Source of the DNA: Euzebya sp.
Lineage (GTDB): Bacteria; Actinomycetota; Nitriliruptoria; Euzebyales; Euzebyaceae
Length of the DNA stretch: 64,000 nt
Direction of reading: 5' to 3'
NCBI GenBank assembly: GCA_051004735.1
Contig: JBPCKA010000013.1
Span: 1,099 to 65,098, forward strand
Shown here: one piece after another, positions 20,485 to 30,559 of the stretch
How the letters are laid out: the number at the start of each line of letters is the position of its first letter
Numbering within the stretch: position 1 is the first letter of the stretch
Program-made: the position numbers and the translations under genes
The notes under the pieces: generated by a model
The model's database searches: none
Told to the model about the DNA's origin: nothing
The model's input: the letters and a program-made list of their open reading frames with translations, nothing else

Positions 20485-22206
20485 TCACGCTTCGTCGAAC
20501 CATACGTCGGTGAAGTAGTAGGCCGCTGTCTCAAGACCCCGTGCGTTGGCCGCGGCCGCACGCACGACTTCGGTGTGGGCCAGTGGCACAAAGGCAACGT
20601 CGTCGTACAGCATCTGTTGCAGTTCGCCGTAGATGGCTTCACGTGCCTCATCATCGATTTCCTGTGCTGCCTGACCGTACAGCTCCAGGTAGCCGGGGTT
20701 GTACCCGGCGTAGTTCGCGCTGTAGGTCCACTGCTGCATCATTGAGAAGGCGTTGCCGTCGCTGCCAACGAGGTTGATGGCCACCTGGTAGGGATACTCC
20801 GTGCGTCCCGGGGGACCGAATGAGGACTGGAAGAACGTCGGTGGGTCGATCTGTTGCAGCTCGGTACGGATCCCGGCCTCGGCCAATTGACCCTGTAGCG
20901 CCTGACTCAGCAACAACGTGTTCAAACCGATTGGCGGGGTCGAGAACGACATCGTAATGTCGATGCCGTCGGGATACCCGGCGTCGGACAACAACTGGCG
21001 GGCTGCGTCAGGATCGTAGGGATACCAGGCCAGATCATCGCGAAAGCCGGGGAAACCGGGGAACAGTCCAAAGTTGGGGGTCACCTGTGCGAAGGGTGAA
21101 AGTTCCCCCACGATCGCGCTGAGATCCAGAGCCTGGCTGATGGCTTGACGGACTTCCTTCTGCCCGACCAACTCATCGTTGTGGTCAAAACCTAGGAAGT
21201 TGCCGAAGATTGGCGGCACCGTCAGCAGTTGGATGTCCGGGTTGTCCTGCAGTTGGGCGATCTCGGGGCCCGACACGTCGAACAGATGGATCTCACCGGT
21301 CTGCAACGCCAGCACCCGAGCTCCTGGGTCAGGCATCACCCGCAGCGTCCAACTGTCCAGATACGGCCGGTCCTCCTGCCAGTACCCGTCGTGGCGTGTC
21401 AGCGTGACGCGATCGCCTGCCACCCGCTCGGAGAACTTGAACGGACCCGTTCCCGCGGTCTCAGGACTCTGCCCGAAGTTCGCGGGATCTGCTTCGATCG
21501 CAGCCGGGTTGACGGCAGCCATCGGAAAGGAATCCGCCAGCACGAACATGAAATCGATGATTGGTTCGCTCAAGGCCAGACGAACCGTCATGGGATCCAT
21601 CGCCTCGATGGCAGTCACCTTGCCGGGAAAGCCTCCGGCGAAGGCGTCCCAGAACTGGAAGGGCCCGCCCTGATGATTCGGATCATCCTCATACGCGGTA
21701 CGGCTCAAGGCGAAGACATACGCCTCGGCGTCAAACGGTGAGCCGTCATGGAAGGTCACGTCTGAACGCAGGTGCAGTATGTATTCCAGACCGTCATCGG
21801 AGACATCCACCGACTCGGCCAGGTTGGGCACCTGCTCGCCATACTCAAGCGTGCGCCTCAGTGGCGCCTCATAGGTTTGCAACATGGCCAGAGACTGTTG
21901 ATTGTGGGGATCGAGCTGCGGCACGTCGATGTTGACCGCCATGACGAAATCGCCCCCCGCGCGCGGCGTTCCCGCCGCCGGGGATGCCGAGCCGGTTGCC
22001 GTGGACGTTGCGCTGGCAGTGCCTCCGGTGGCCGCCGGTGTGGCAGCGTCAGATCCCTCGGCTACCGGATCGGAGGTCGGGGTACATGCCGCCAGCAACG
22101 CCGGGGGGACCGTCCAGACGGCTCCTGCCCACCCCAGCCGTTTCAAGACCTCACGGCGGTTGATCAACTGGTCCAAAAGAGTCTTCGGCTGGGGATCTGC
22201 CGCCAT
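20485..22206 (-). CDS. ABC transporter substrate-binding protein, family 5 (peptide/nickel/opine type), Tat/lipoprotein-like signal
   Basis: ORF 20485..22359. Start at MAADPQPKTLLDQLINRREVLKRLGWAGA (twin-arginine-like) then LAAC lipobox; family-5 SBP body. Confidence 0.75.
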   Translation of the reverse strand: MAADPQPKTLLDQLINRREVLKRLGWAGAVWTVPPALLAACTPTSDPVAEGSDAATPAATGGTASATSTATGSASPAAGTPRAGGDFVMAVNIDVPQLDPHNQQSLAMLQTYEAPLRRTLEYGEQVPNLAESVDVSDDGLEYILHLRSDVTFHDGSPFDAEAYVFALSRTAYEDDPNHQGGPFQFWDAFAGGFPGKVTAIEAMDPMTVRLALSEPIIDFMFVLADSFPMAAVNPAAIEADPANFGQSPETAGTGPFKFSERVAGDRVTLTRHDGYWQEDRPYLDSWTLRVMPDPGARVLALQTGEIHLFDVSGPEIAQLQDNPDIQLLTVPPIFGNFLGFDHNDELVGQKEVRQAISQALDLSAIVGELSPFAQVTPNFGLFPGFPGFRDDLAWYPYDPDAARQLLSDAGYPDGIDITMSFSTPPIGLNTLLLSQALQGQLAEAGIRTELQQIDPPTFFQSSFGPPGRTEYPYQVAINLVGSDGNAFSMMQQWTYSANYAGYNPGYLELYGQAAQEIDDEAREAIYGELQQMLYDDVAFVPLAHTEVVRAAAANARGLETAAYYFTDVWFDEA

Positions 22207-22327
22207 GGGATGCTCCTCACGGGGCGTCAAGCCCCACGTTCTGCTGTGGAGATTCAGATTCTGCTCCGGACTGTGCCGATCACTGCCCAACTTGTCAAGG
22301 GGCGGGATCGGATCGGAGTCCACACAA

Positions 22328-22344
22328 TTAGAATGCCATTCTGC
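22328..22344. promoter_or_regulatory. IclR-box-like inverted repeat TTAGAATGCCATTCTGC (core AGAAT-N3-ATTCT at 22330-22342) upstream of the SBP gene
   Basis: Seen in sequence; one of four near-identical palindromes in this window (see 27803, 37890, 38791). Confidence 0.55.
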
Positions 22345-22355
22345 TAGCTCACGGC

Positions 22356-24254
22356 TCAAGCGAGCGGATCGGCACCGCTAAGCCAGTCGGCATCGGAGCG
22401 TGGTATCGAGGCGACCAGTCGCTCGGTGTAGGGATGGGATGGGTTGTCCAGCACCTGATCAATGGGGCCTGACTCCACCACCTCGCCCTGATACAGGACA
22501 TAGATCCGTTCTACGACCTGACGGACGACGGCAAGGTCATGGGTGATGAATAGGTAGGCGACCCCCAGGTCCTGACGCAGTTCCTTGAACAGATTGAGGA
22601 TCTGTGCCTGCACCGACACGTCCAGTGCTGACACCGGTTCATCGCACACGATCAATCGCGGTCGAACGGCCAGCGCACGAGCGATTGCGACCCGTTGTCG
22701 CTCGCCGCCCGACAAGGCAATCGGTTTGCGAGTGGCGTAGCTGGCTGACAGTCCGACGCGCTCTAGCAGCTCGCCCACGTGCGATGAGGAGGATTCATGG
22801 CGACCGCGTCCGACCTGCAGTGCTTGTTTCAGGGTGAATCCCACCGTCCGGGCCGGATTCAATGACGAGTAGGGGTCCTGAAAGATGATCTGCACTGTGC
22901 GACGCAGTCGCGTGCGGTCCGTGGTGTCGAGCGCCAGGTAGTCAACCGCGGAGATGCCGGCGATGTCGATCTGACCACTGTTGGGCGTTTCCAGCCCCAC
23001 CAGGCACCGTCCGAGCGTGGTCTTACCCGATCCGGACTCACCGACCAGGCCGACCCCCTCGCCCTCACCCACCGTCAGGTTCACGTCCTTCAGCGCCTGC
23101 ACCTCGCGCACCGCAGCTTTGCCGGCCCCTGCCTGATAGATCTTGTTCAGGTCTCGAACCTGCACCAGTTGCTGATCATCTGGTGGCGCGATGATCTTTA
23201 CTGGCTGTTCGGAGACGTGTCGTAGACCAGCCATCTCCGGGCGGATGTCGTCCAGCCGCACGCAGTTGGTGAAACGCCCTGGCTCGACTTCCTGCAGGGG
23301 TGGTGAGCCATCGTGGCACGCCTTCGCAGCCCAGGTGCAACGCGGAGCGAATGCGCAGCACGTCGCGACCGAATCCGGGTCAGGCACCGAGCCCTTGATA
23401 CCGGCCAGCACGGGGACACGGCGGTCCCCGGGGGGCTCGGACAGCAGCAGCCCCAGGGTGTAGGGGTGCAATGGTTCAGCTTCAAGGGCGGTCGCCGACG
23501 CGATCTCCAGCAACGACCCCGCATACAGGACATAGACCCGGTCACACATCGAGAACGCCACCCGCAGATCGTGGGTGATCAACACCAGGCCCATACCCCG
23601 CTTCGCCTGCAGGGACTTCAACAAGATGAGGATGTCCCGCTGGGTCGTCACATCCACCGCCGTCGTTGGCTCATCGGCGATCAGAATCGCGGGATCACGC
23701 GCCAGGCTCGCCGCAATTCCGACCCGTTGGCGCATCCCCCCCGAGAGTTGGAAAGGGAAGCGGACCGCAACCCGGGGGTCGCTGATGCCCACCTCATTCA
23801 ACCGCTCCAGTGCCTGGGCGTGGTGCCCTCCACTCACGCGCTGGCCAGACCGATCTGCTCGAAGACCCTCCTCCAGATGGATACCGCAGCGCAGCAGTGG
23901 GTTGAGCATGGTGTAGGGGTCTTGCAGCACCAGGCCGATCTCGCCACCACGGACCTGTCGAAGCCGTCGCTCAGGCAGATCAAGCAGGTTGTCCTTGCCG
24001 TACTGGACCACCCCTGTGGCCGACAGCCCCGCGGGCAGCAACCCCAGCAGAGCACGTGCCGTCATGGACTTTCCGCTACCTGATTCACCGACGATCCCGA
24101 TTGTCTCACCGGTTCCCAAGGTCAGATCGACATCGCGCACGATTGTCCGACGACGTCCCCCCAACCGGCTGGTGATGGACAGACCCCGCACTTTCAGCAG
24201 CGCCGGATCCGAGACTGAATTGACCTGTTCCCGCACGGCTTGCCCCACGATCAT
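22356..24254 (-). CDS. ABC transporter ATP-binding protein with two fused ATPase domains (DppD-DppF fusion type)
   Basis: Two complete sets of Walker A (GESGSGKSM / GESGSGKTT), signature ([15 protein letters not shown] / LSGGERQRVAIARAL) and Walker B motifs in one 632-aa ORF. Confidence 0.85.
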   Translation of the reverse strand: MIVGQAVREQVNSVSDPALLKVRGLSITSRLGGRRRTIVRDVDLTLGTGETIGIVGESGSGKSMTARALLGLLPAGLSATGVVQYGKDNLLDLPERRLRQVRGGEIGLVLQDPYTMLNPLLRCGIHLEEGLRADRSGQRVSGGHHAQALERLNEVGISDPRVAVRFPFQLSGGMRQRVGIAASLARDPAILIADEPTTAVDVTTQRDILILLKSLQAKRGMGLVLITHDLRVAFSMCDRVYVLYAGSLLEIASATALEAEPLHPYTLGLLLSEPPGDRRVPVLAGIKGSVPDPDSVATCCAFAPRCTWAAKACHDGSPPLQEVEPGRFTNCVRLDDIRPEMAGLRHVSEQPVKIIAPPDDQQLVQVRDLNKIYQAGAGKAAVREVQALKDVNLTVGEGEGVGLVGESGSGKTTLGRCLVGLETPNSGQIDIAGISAVDYLALDTTDRTRLRRTVQIIFQDPYSSLNPARTVGFTLKQALQVGRGRHESSSSHVGELLERVGLSASYATRKPIALSGGERQRVAIARALAVRPRLIVCDEPVSALDVSVQAQILNLFKELRQDLGVAYLFITHDLAVVRQVVERIYVLYQGEVVESGPIDQVLDNPSHPYTERLVASIPRSDADWLSGADPLA

Positions 24255-25117
24255 CGGGCCCGACCCCGGTCACTCAGGCGCTCTTCCAACCAATCGCCCA
24301 GCAGGTTCATGCTGGCAGCCGTCAACACGATCATCACGCCAGGCGCAAGCGCGGCTGCGGCGTTCGTGAACAGCAACGTGCGACTTTCGGCCAGCATCCG
24401 ACCCCAGTCAGCGGTTCCCGGCCCCACACCCAGCCCCAGGAACGACAACGCAGACAAGGCCAGCAAGCCGTAGGCGAAGCCCAGAAAGGCACTCGCCAAC
24501 ACCAGCGGAGTCAGATTCGGCCAGATGTGCTGCAGCGCGACACGGCGACTGGATAGTCCCAGGACTCGCGCCGCCTCGACATAGGCACGTGGGCGTTGCT
24601 CCAGGGTTGCGGCTCGGATCAACCGCGTGTCATAGGGGGAACTGAGCAGAATCAGCACCGCAACGGCACGCCAGTACCCACCGCCCAACACACCGACGAC
24701 CACGATCGCCACCAGATGTCCTGGTAGGGCGAACATCAGGTCAGCCCAGCGCAGGACCACCATGTCGATCCGTCCCCCGCGGTAGCCGGCCAGCAGCCCC
24801 AACGCTCCGCCGAGGACCGTGGCGCCCAGGGTGATCAGGGCCGGGCCGACGATCGCCGTGCGGGTCCCGACGATCACCCGGGACAACACGTCGCGGCCAA
24901 GATCATCGGTGCCCAGCCAGTGTGCCCAACTAGGGCTGCTCACTCCCGTGGCCAGATCCTGGGCAGACGGGCCCTGGGGTGCGACTGTCGGGCCGAAGAC
25001 CGCCAGGATGATGACCGTCACGACGAACAGAAAGCACAACGCGATGAGGATCGGAAACCTGGTACGCCATCGTGCCGGCTCCCGCACACCGGCCGCAGCG
25101 ATGGTGACCTCACTCAT
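24251..25117 (-). CDS. ABC transporter permease (DppC-like)
   Basis: Permease with conserved N-terminal HWLGTDDLGRDVLSRV motif and EAA loop. Confidence 0.8.
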   Translation of the reverse strand: MSEVTIAAAGVREPARWRTRFPILIALCFLFVVTVIILAVFGPTVAPQGPSAQDLATGVSSPSWAHWLGTDDLGRDVLSRVIVGTRTAIVGPALITLGATVLGGALGLLAGYRGGRIDMVVLRWADLMFALPGHLVAIVVVGVLGGGYWRAVAVLILLSSPYDTRLIRAATLEQRPRAYVEAARVLGLSSRRVALQHIWPNLTPLVLASAFLGFAYGLLALSALSFLGLGVGPGTADWGRMLAESRTLLFTNAAAALAPGVMIVLTAASMNLLGDWLEERLSDRGRAR

Positions 25118-26082
25118 CCGCCGACCCGACTGAAGCGAATCCGTGGATCGATGAAGAGGTACAACACATCAGTCAGCAGATTCACCGCGATGACCACGGT
25201 CGCGGTCAGCATCGCCAGGCCCTGGACCACCGCCACATCCTGAAACGTCACCGAGTCGATCAGCAATGACCCCAGGCCTGGCAGGGCGAAGGTCACCTCG
25301 ACCAGAACCGCGCCGCTGAGCATGACACCCAGAATCAAGCCGCTGGCAGTGACCACGGGAATCAGGGCATTCCGCAATCCGTAGGTGACCAGCAGCCGCC
25401 GAGGGGACAACCCCCTGGCGCGTCCGAAGACCATGTAGTCCTGGTCCAACGCGGCAATCATTCCGGTTCGGGTGAACTTCAGAACAGGAGCCACCCCGGT
25501 CAACGCCAGAGCCAGCGCCGGTAACGTCAGATGCCACAACTGATCGGGGAAGCTCCGCCCCTGTCCGAACGCCGGAAACCAGCCCAGGACCACGGCGAAC
25601 ACATACAACAGGAACACCCCGGTGGCGAACGCAGGGGCGCTGACCCCGATGACGCTGAAGGTCACCGCCGCGCGGTCGACCGCGGAGCGCTTCTTGGTGG
25701 CCGCCAGAACTCCCAGAGGTACCCCGACAGTCATGATGATGACAAAGGCGTAACCGCCCAGCAGCAGGGTCAACCCCATCCGGTCCCGCAGAGCCTGGAC
25801 CACCGGTTCCGTGGTCCGTGTCGACGTGCCGAAATCCAGCCTGCTGGCATCGGCTACCCAGTAGCCGTACTGACTCAGGAATGATTCGTCCAGGTGGTAG
25901 CGCGCCCGTATGGCCTCAACGACTTCGGGGTCCATTGGCCGCGTGCTCCCGATCAGCACCTGTTCGGGAGTTCCGGGGGCAACGAACTGCAGTGAGAAGA
26001 TCCCAAAGGAGATGATCGCCAGCAGCACGACCATGCCTACCAGTCGCTTGGCCACGAAGGTGAGCGTGCGTCGAGCGTCCAC
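25114..26082 (-). CDS. ABC transporter permease (DppB-like)
   Basis: Permease; EAA loop FGRARGLSPRRLLVTYGLRN. Confidence 0.8.
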   Translation of the reverse strand: MDARRTLTFVAKRLVGMVVLLAIISFGIFSLQFVAPGTPEQVLIGSTRPMDPEVVEAIRARYHLDESFLSQYGYWVADASRLDFGTSTRTTEPVVQALRDRMGLTLLLGGYAFVIIMTVGVPLGVLAATKKRSAVDRAAVTFSVIGVSAPAFATGVFLLYVFAVVLGWFPAFGQGRSFPDQLWHLTLPALALALTGVAPVLKFTRTGMIAALDQDYMVFGRARGLSPRRLLVTYGLRNALIPVVTASGLILGVMLSGAVLVEVTFALPGLGSLLIDSVTFQDVAVVQGLAMLTATVVIAVNLLTDVLYLFIDPRIRFSRVGG

Positions 26083-26085
26083 GGT

Positions 26086-27771
26086 CTAGGAGACCGGGCG
26101 GACGTCAGATACCCAGATGCCCTTCTTGAAGAACAGCACACTCAACCCGACGAACTCGTAGTTGTCGCTGATCGCCATCGCGATGTCTTCCCACCACAGC
26201 GGGAGATAGGGGAGGTCTTCGGAGATGATCTGCATCACCTCCGCGATCGCGGCAGCCCGCTCCTCCACGTCGGTGGTCAACCCCTGCTCGTCGATCAGCT
26301 CATCCACCCGGGGGTTGATGTAGTTCGGAATGTTGAAGCCACTGGGACGGGCGAACTCACTGGGCAGCATGTAGCTGATGTAGTCGGCCGGATCCAGCAA
26401 CTCCGGAGTGAAGCTGAGCGCTCTGAAGCCGATGTTCTGATGTCCCACGACATCGGCTATCTCCTCCCCCAGCGGCACCTCCTCGACCGTGAGGTCAACG
26501 CCGATCTGGCTCAGATTCTCACGCAGGTTGAGCGCGGCCCTGCCCAGCTCCGGTTTGGCATCGGCATACTTCAGGGTGGCCGAGAACCCGTCGGGAAAGG
26601 CGGACTGGGCAAGCTCCTCACGCGCGAGATCCAGGTCGAACTCGTAGGGCCGCAAGGATGCATAGATCTCCTCCACGCGCTCGCTGGGGATATCCAGACC
26701 ATCCCACTGCCCGCGGGGCACAAGCGATGTCGCGGCTTCTCCGTACCCGGAGAGCAGTCCGTCGACCAGGCCTTCTCGATCCAACGCATGGGCCACGGCG
26801 CGACGAACGTGGACGTCGCCCCACAACTCGTCCTCCAGATCCCAGGCGAAGAAGGCGGGTAGCAGCCCCGGCGCGGACTCCACCCGCAGTCCATCGATAC
26901 TCTCCCAACCGCCCGCTTCACTGACCGGGATGAACATGAACCCGTCCGCTTCCTGGGCACGCATGGCCAACTGCGCGGTCTGGGAGTCCGCGATGTATTG
27001 GATTGCAACCTCACGGAATCGGGGGGTGTCCCCCCAGTAATTGTCGTTTCGGACGAGTTCAACAACCTCGTCCGCGCGGAAGTCAGTCAGAACGTAGGGG
27101 CCGGTGCCGATGAGGGTGTCATCACCCGGTGTGCCAAGACGCTCACCGACCTGTTCACCGAACGCCCGGCTGACAATGGGAGCATAGGACGGCACGTACT
27201 GCCAGAAGGCCGCCGGCCGCGTGAGTGTCACCGTCAACTCGTTGTCCCCCGTGACCTCCATGGTGTCCACGTCCACGAACGCAGAGTTCAGGGACGACTC
27301 GACCTCAGGGTCGCGGTGGCGTTCCCACGAATAGATCACATCCTCCACCGTGAGAGGGCTGCCATCAGAAAACATGACATCCGAGCGGATCCGGTAGACA
27401 TAGGTTTGCGGATCAATCTCTTCCCACGACTCAGCCAACCATTCGGTCATCAGCAAGTCCTCATCAAGGGTCAGCAGACTCTCGGTGACCAGCCCCTGAG
27501 CAGCCTTGGACCCTTGATCCAATGCCTTGGCGGCATCCAGACTGACCAAAGAGTTGACGATCCAGGTCAGGCGGTCCACATCGCCACCACCGGATTGCTC
27601 GGAACTGCCGGGTGCCGGCTCGCTGGTGGACTCATCAGGGCTGGCCGCACCCTCACATGCCGCCAGGAGCATCGGAGTTGAGATGGCAGCGCCGGCAAGG
27701 CCAAGACGCTTCAACAACTGCCGCCTGCTCAGTGACTGGCTTGGGGTTCCTGGGGTGATTCGACCTTGCAT
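26086..27771 (-). CDS. ABC transporter substrate-binding protein, family 5, Tat-like signal plus lipobox
   Basis: ORF 26086..27912. Start at MQGRITPGTPSQSLSRRQLLKRLGLAGAAISTPMLLAAC (27771). Confidence 0.75.
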   Translation of the reverse strand: MQGRITPGTPSQSLSRRQLLKRLGLAGAAISTPMLLAACEGAASPDESTSEPAPGSSEQSGGGDVDRLTWIVNSLVSLDAAKALDQGSKAAQGLVTESLLTLDEDLLMTEWLAESWEEIDPQTYVYRIRSDVMFSDGSPLTVEDVIYSWERHRDPEVESSLNSAFVDVDTMEVTGDNELTVTLTRPAAFWQYVPSYAPIVSRAFGEQVGERLGTPGDDTLIGTGPYVLTDFRADEVVELVRNDNYWGDTPRFREVAIQYIADSQTAQLAMRAQEADGFMFIPVSEAGGWESIDGLRVESAPGLLPAFFAWDLEDELWGDVHVRRAVAHALDREGLVDGLLSGYGEAATSLVPRGQWDGLDIPSERVEEIYASLRPYEFDLDLAREELAQSAFPDGFSATLKYADAKPELGRAALNLRENLSQIGVDLTVEEVPLGEEIADVVGHQNIGFRALSFTPELLDPADYISYMLPSEFARPSGFNIPNYINPRVDELIDEQGLTTDVEERAAAIAEVMQIISEDLPYLPLWWEDIAMAISDNYEFVGLSVLFFKKGIWVSDVRPVS

Positions 27772-27800
27772 AGCAGCTCCAGTGGGAATCGGATGCGTCG

Positions 27801-27817
27801 ATAGAATACCATTCTGC
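27801..27817. promoter_or_regulatory. IclR-box-like inverted repeat ATAGAATACCATTCTGC (core 27803-27815) in the divergent promoter region between SBP gene and DMFase-like gene
   Basis: Seen in sequence; 5-3-5 palindrome AGAAT-ACC-ATTCT. Confidence 0.55.
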
Positions 27818-27880
27818 TGACAGGCGCAAGGACTTTGGCTCCGCGTCTCGACATCTGCATCCAGCTTTGGGAGTACGCCA

Positions 27881-30094
27881 GTGCCTGACGACGAAACCAC
27901 CCCTACGCACAACCCGGCCGAGCTCTCGCAGCCCTCACCGTGGGATCTGACGTTGGTCGGTTACGCAGACCCCTGGAGCGTTGCTCCGCAAGAGACCGTG
28001 CGTTTCATGGTCAGCAGTTCCCATTCGACCTATCAGGCCCAGATCGTCAGGTTGCTCCATGGCGATGATCGGCTCGAGGCGCCTGGTGTGAAGGAAGAGG
28101 TGGTTCCCACTCAGGTGGACGGGGAGTATGCGGGCCGACAGCTTTCCTATCCCACCGGTTCTGCGGTCATCGTGCCTGATCACCCCTCCCTGCGCCTGAC
28201 CGACAGTTTCACCCTGACCGCATGGATCTACCCGACGACCCCAGACAAGGGCCTTCAAGGCCTGCTGACAAAATGGTCACCGCATGATCAGGTGGGCTAT
28301 GCCTTGATGATCAATGCCCAAGGGCAACTCGAATTGTGGCTGGGCGCAGAAGGCCAGGAACCAGCCCGCTTCGCCAGCGGCGCAGGCCTGCGTAAACACC
28401 AGTGGTACTTCGTCGCGGCCACGTATGACCCTCACGCAGGGTCGGTACAGGTGTCACAGATCCCCTTCCCCTTCTATCCCAACGACACGACCGATGTCCA
28501 TCGCGAGCATCCTGTGGCTGCGGGGACCTGTGGATCTGCGAGCACACCGTTGGTGATGGCGGCCCTGAGCCAGACAATCAACCACTACAACGGAAAGATC
28601 GAGGCGCCGACCATCTACGGTGAGGTGTTGTCCCACGAAGCGTTGCTTGCCGTCGCGGGTCGAACACCCCTCGCCGGCACTACAGGATCGATCGTTGCTG
28701 CCTGGGATTTTGCTCTTGATACGCCCACCGACCAAATCCGCGACGTATCAGGCAGCAACCTGCACGGACGCACAATCAACCTGCCTGCCAGGGGCTCAAG
28801 CAGCCATCTGTTCCATGGTGGCGAGGGCTCCTGGGCCGTGGCGCCCGAAACTCACGCAGCCCTGCACTTTCACGAGGACGATCTTGAGGACTGCAGGTGG
28901 GATGTTGCGTTCGAACTGGCACTACCCGATGACCTGCCCAGCGGGGTCTATGCCGCGAAGCTGAGCGCAGGCAGCAGCCGGTATCACATTCCGTTCGTGG
29001 TGCGTCCTCCCAACCGACGCGCCACCGCACCCGTGCTGGTGCTGCTACCAACCAATTCCTACCTTGCTTACGCCAACTTTCGTGAGGAGTTCGCCGAGCG
29101 GCACGGCGTCCTTGGTCTGTACCACGATCATGGTGACGGCAGCGCAGTGTTGTACTCCTCAGCCCGAAGGCCGATCGTCAACTTCCGTCCGGGATCCAAT
29201 TTCGACATTCTGGGTGAGGCTGGAGCGCCACACCAGTTCAACGCCGATCTGTACCTGATCGACTGGTTGACGGCCAAAGAGATCGACTTTGATGTTGCCA
29301 TAGATCACGACCTGCAGACAGAAGGTGCCGACCTGTTGGGGCAGTACCGCGTCGTCATCACAGGAACACACCCCGAGTACTGGTCTGGGACAATGCTTGA
29401 TGGGCTTGAGGCCTACCTCGCCGGGGGTGGCCGTCTGATGTATCTGGGCGGCAACGGATTGATCTGGACCACGACCTTCGATCCCCACCGACCCCATGTG
29501 ATCGAACTGCGGCGCGGCGGCGGCGGCGTCCGCAACGCCAGCCCCGGAGAGCGCTATCACACCACCACGGGAGAGCTGGGTGGGCCGTGGCGAGCGCGTG
29601 GCCGTCCCCCGAATCTGCTGCTGGGCGTCGGCTCCATCGGCCAGGGCTTTGATCGCTCCTGTGGCTACCGCCGGACGCCGGAAAGCTTTGATCCCCGCTC
29701 GTCATGGATCTTCGACGGTGTCGGTGAGGACGAACCAATCGGAGAGTTCGGCCTGACCATGGGTGGCGCCGCCGGTTTTGAGGTCGATTGCGCAGACCGC
29801 TTCTTCGGCACTCCACCGCACGCCCTGGTGGTGGCCTCGGCAACGGAGTTCTCCGATACCTACGAGCACCAGCACCCAGTCCACATAGCTGGGACCGACG
29901 TCGACCTTCATGAACCCCTGCGCAGCGACATGGTGTTCTTCGAAGGCCCGAATGGGGGGGCAGTGTTCTCCGTAGGCTCGATCGCCTACTGCGGGTCCTT
30001 GTCACATAACGACTACGACAACAACGTCTCACGGATAACCCACAACGTCCTGCGACGCTTCGCCTCCGACCAGTCGACTGACCAACGTGACTGA
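27881..30094 (+). CDS. N,N-dimethylformamidase large (beta) subunit-like protein (DmfA2 homolog family)
   Basis: 737 aa, GTG start with GGGAG RBS. Collinear with the DMFase large-subunit family: N-terminal jelly-roll segment then a C-terminal catalytic-type region. No small-subunit gene nearby. The 3' end overlaps the next gene by 8 nt. Confidence 0.65.
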   Translation: MPDDETTPTHNPAELSQPSPWDLTLVGYADPWSVAPQETVRFMVSSSHSTYQAQIVRLLHGDDRLEAPGVKEEVVPTQVDGEYAGRQLSYPTGSAVIVPDHPSLRLTDSFTLTAWIYPTTPDKGLQGLLTKWSPHDQVGYALMINAQGQLELWLGAEGQEPARFASGAGLRKHQWYFVAATYDPHAGSVQVSQIPFPFYPNDTTDVHREHPVAAGTCGSASTPLVMAALSQTINHYNGKIEAPTIYGEVLSHEALLAVAGRTPLAGTTGSIVAAWDFALDTPTDQIRDVSGSNLHGRTINLPARGSSSHLFHGGEGSWAVAPETHAALHFHEDDLEDCRWDVAFELALPDDLPSGVYAAKLSAGSSRYHIPFVVRPPNRRATAPVLVLLPTNSYLAYANFREEFAERHGVLGLYHDHGDGSAVLYSSARRPIVNFRPGSNFDILGEAGAPHQFNADLYLIDWLTAKEIDFDVAIDHDLQTEGADLLGQYRVVITGTHPEYWSGTMLDGLEAYLAGGGRLMYLGGNGLIWTTTFDPHRPHVIELRRGGGGVRNASPGERYHTTTGELGGPWRARGRPPNLLLGVGSIGQGFDRSCGYRRTPESFDPRSSWIFDGVGEDEPIGEFGLTMGGAAGFEVDCADRFFGTPPHALVVASATEFSDTYEHQHPVHIAGTDVDLHEPLRSDMVFFEGPNGGAVFSVGSIAYCGSLSHNDYDNNVSRITHNVLRRFASDQSTDQRD

Positions 30095-30557
30095 TGCTGT
30101 CAACATCGCCCTGCAGGTCAACGGCCAGCAGTGTGACCTGATGATCGATATCCGAGCCACGCTGTTGGATGTACTGCGTGAACAGCTGATGTTGACCGGC
30201 GCCAAGGAAGCCTGTAACAGAGGCGAGTGCGGCACCTGCACCGTGTTGGTGGATGGCAGGAGGGTGTATTCCTGCATGGCTTTGGCCGTCATGCACGCTG
30301 GCGCGGCGGTCACCACCATCGAGGGTGTGACGCAGGACGAGACCGCCAGTCAGTTGCAACAGGCCTTCCTGCGGCACGACGCGCTGCAGTGTGGCTATTG
30401 CACCCCTGGCCAGATCCTGTCTGCCATGGGATTGCTGAGCGAGGGTCGGACCGGATCCCGCACCGAGATCCGGGAGTTCATGAGCGGCAACCTGTGCCGC
30501 TGTGGTGCGTATCCCCAGATCGTTGACGCGATCCGCGATGTGATCGGCGAGCCCTAG
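30087..30557 (+). CDS. [2Fe-2S]-binding small subunit of XDH/CO-dehydrogenase-family molybdenum hydroxylase (CoxS-like)
   Basis: CNRGECGTCTV and CGYCTPG...CRCGAY cluster motifs. Confidence 0.9.
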   Translation: MTDAVNIALQVNGQQCDLMIDIRATLLDVLREQLMLTGAKEACNRGECGTCTVLVDGRRVYSCMALAVMHAGAAVTTIEGVTQDETASQLQQAFLRHDALQCGYCTPGQILSAMGLLSEGRTGSRTEIREFMSGNLCRCGAYPQIVDAIRDVIGEP

Positions 30558-30559
30558 CG

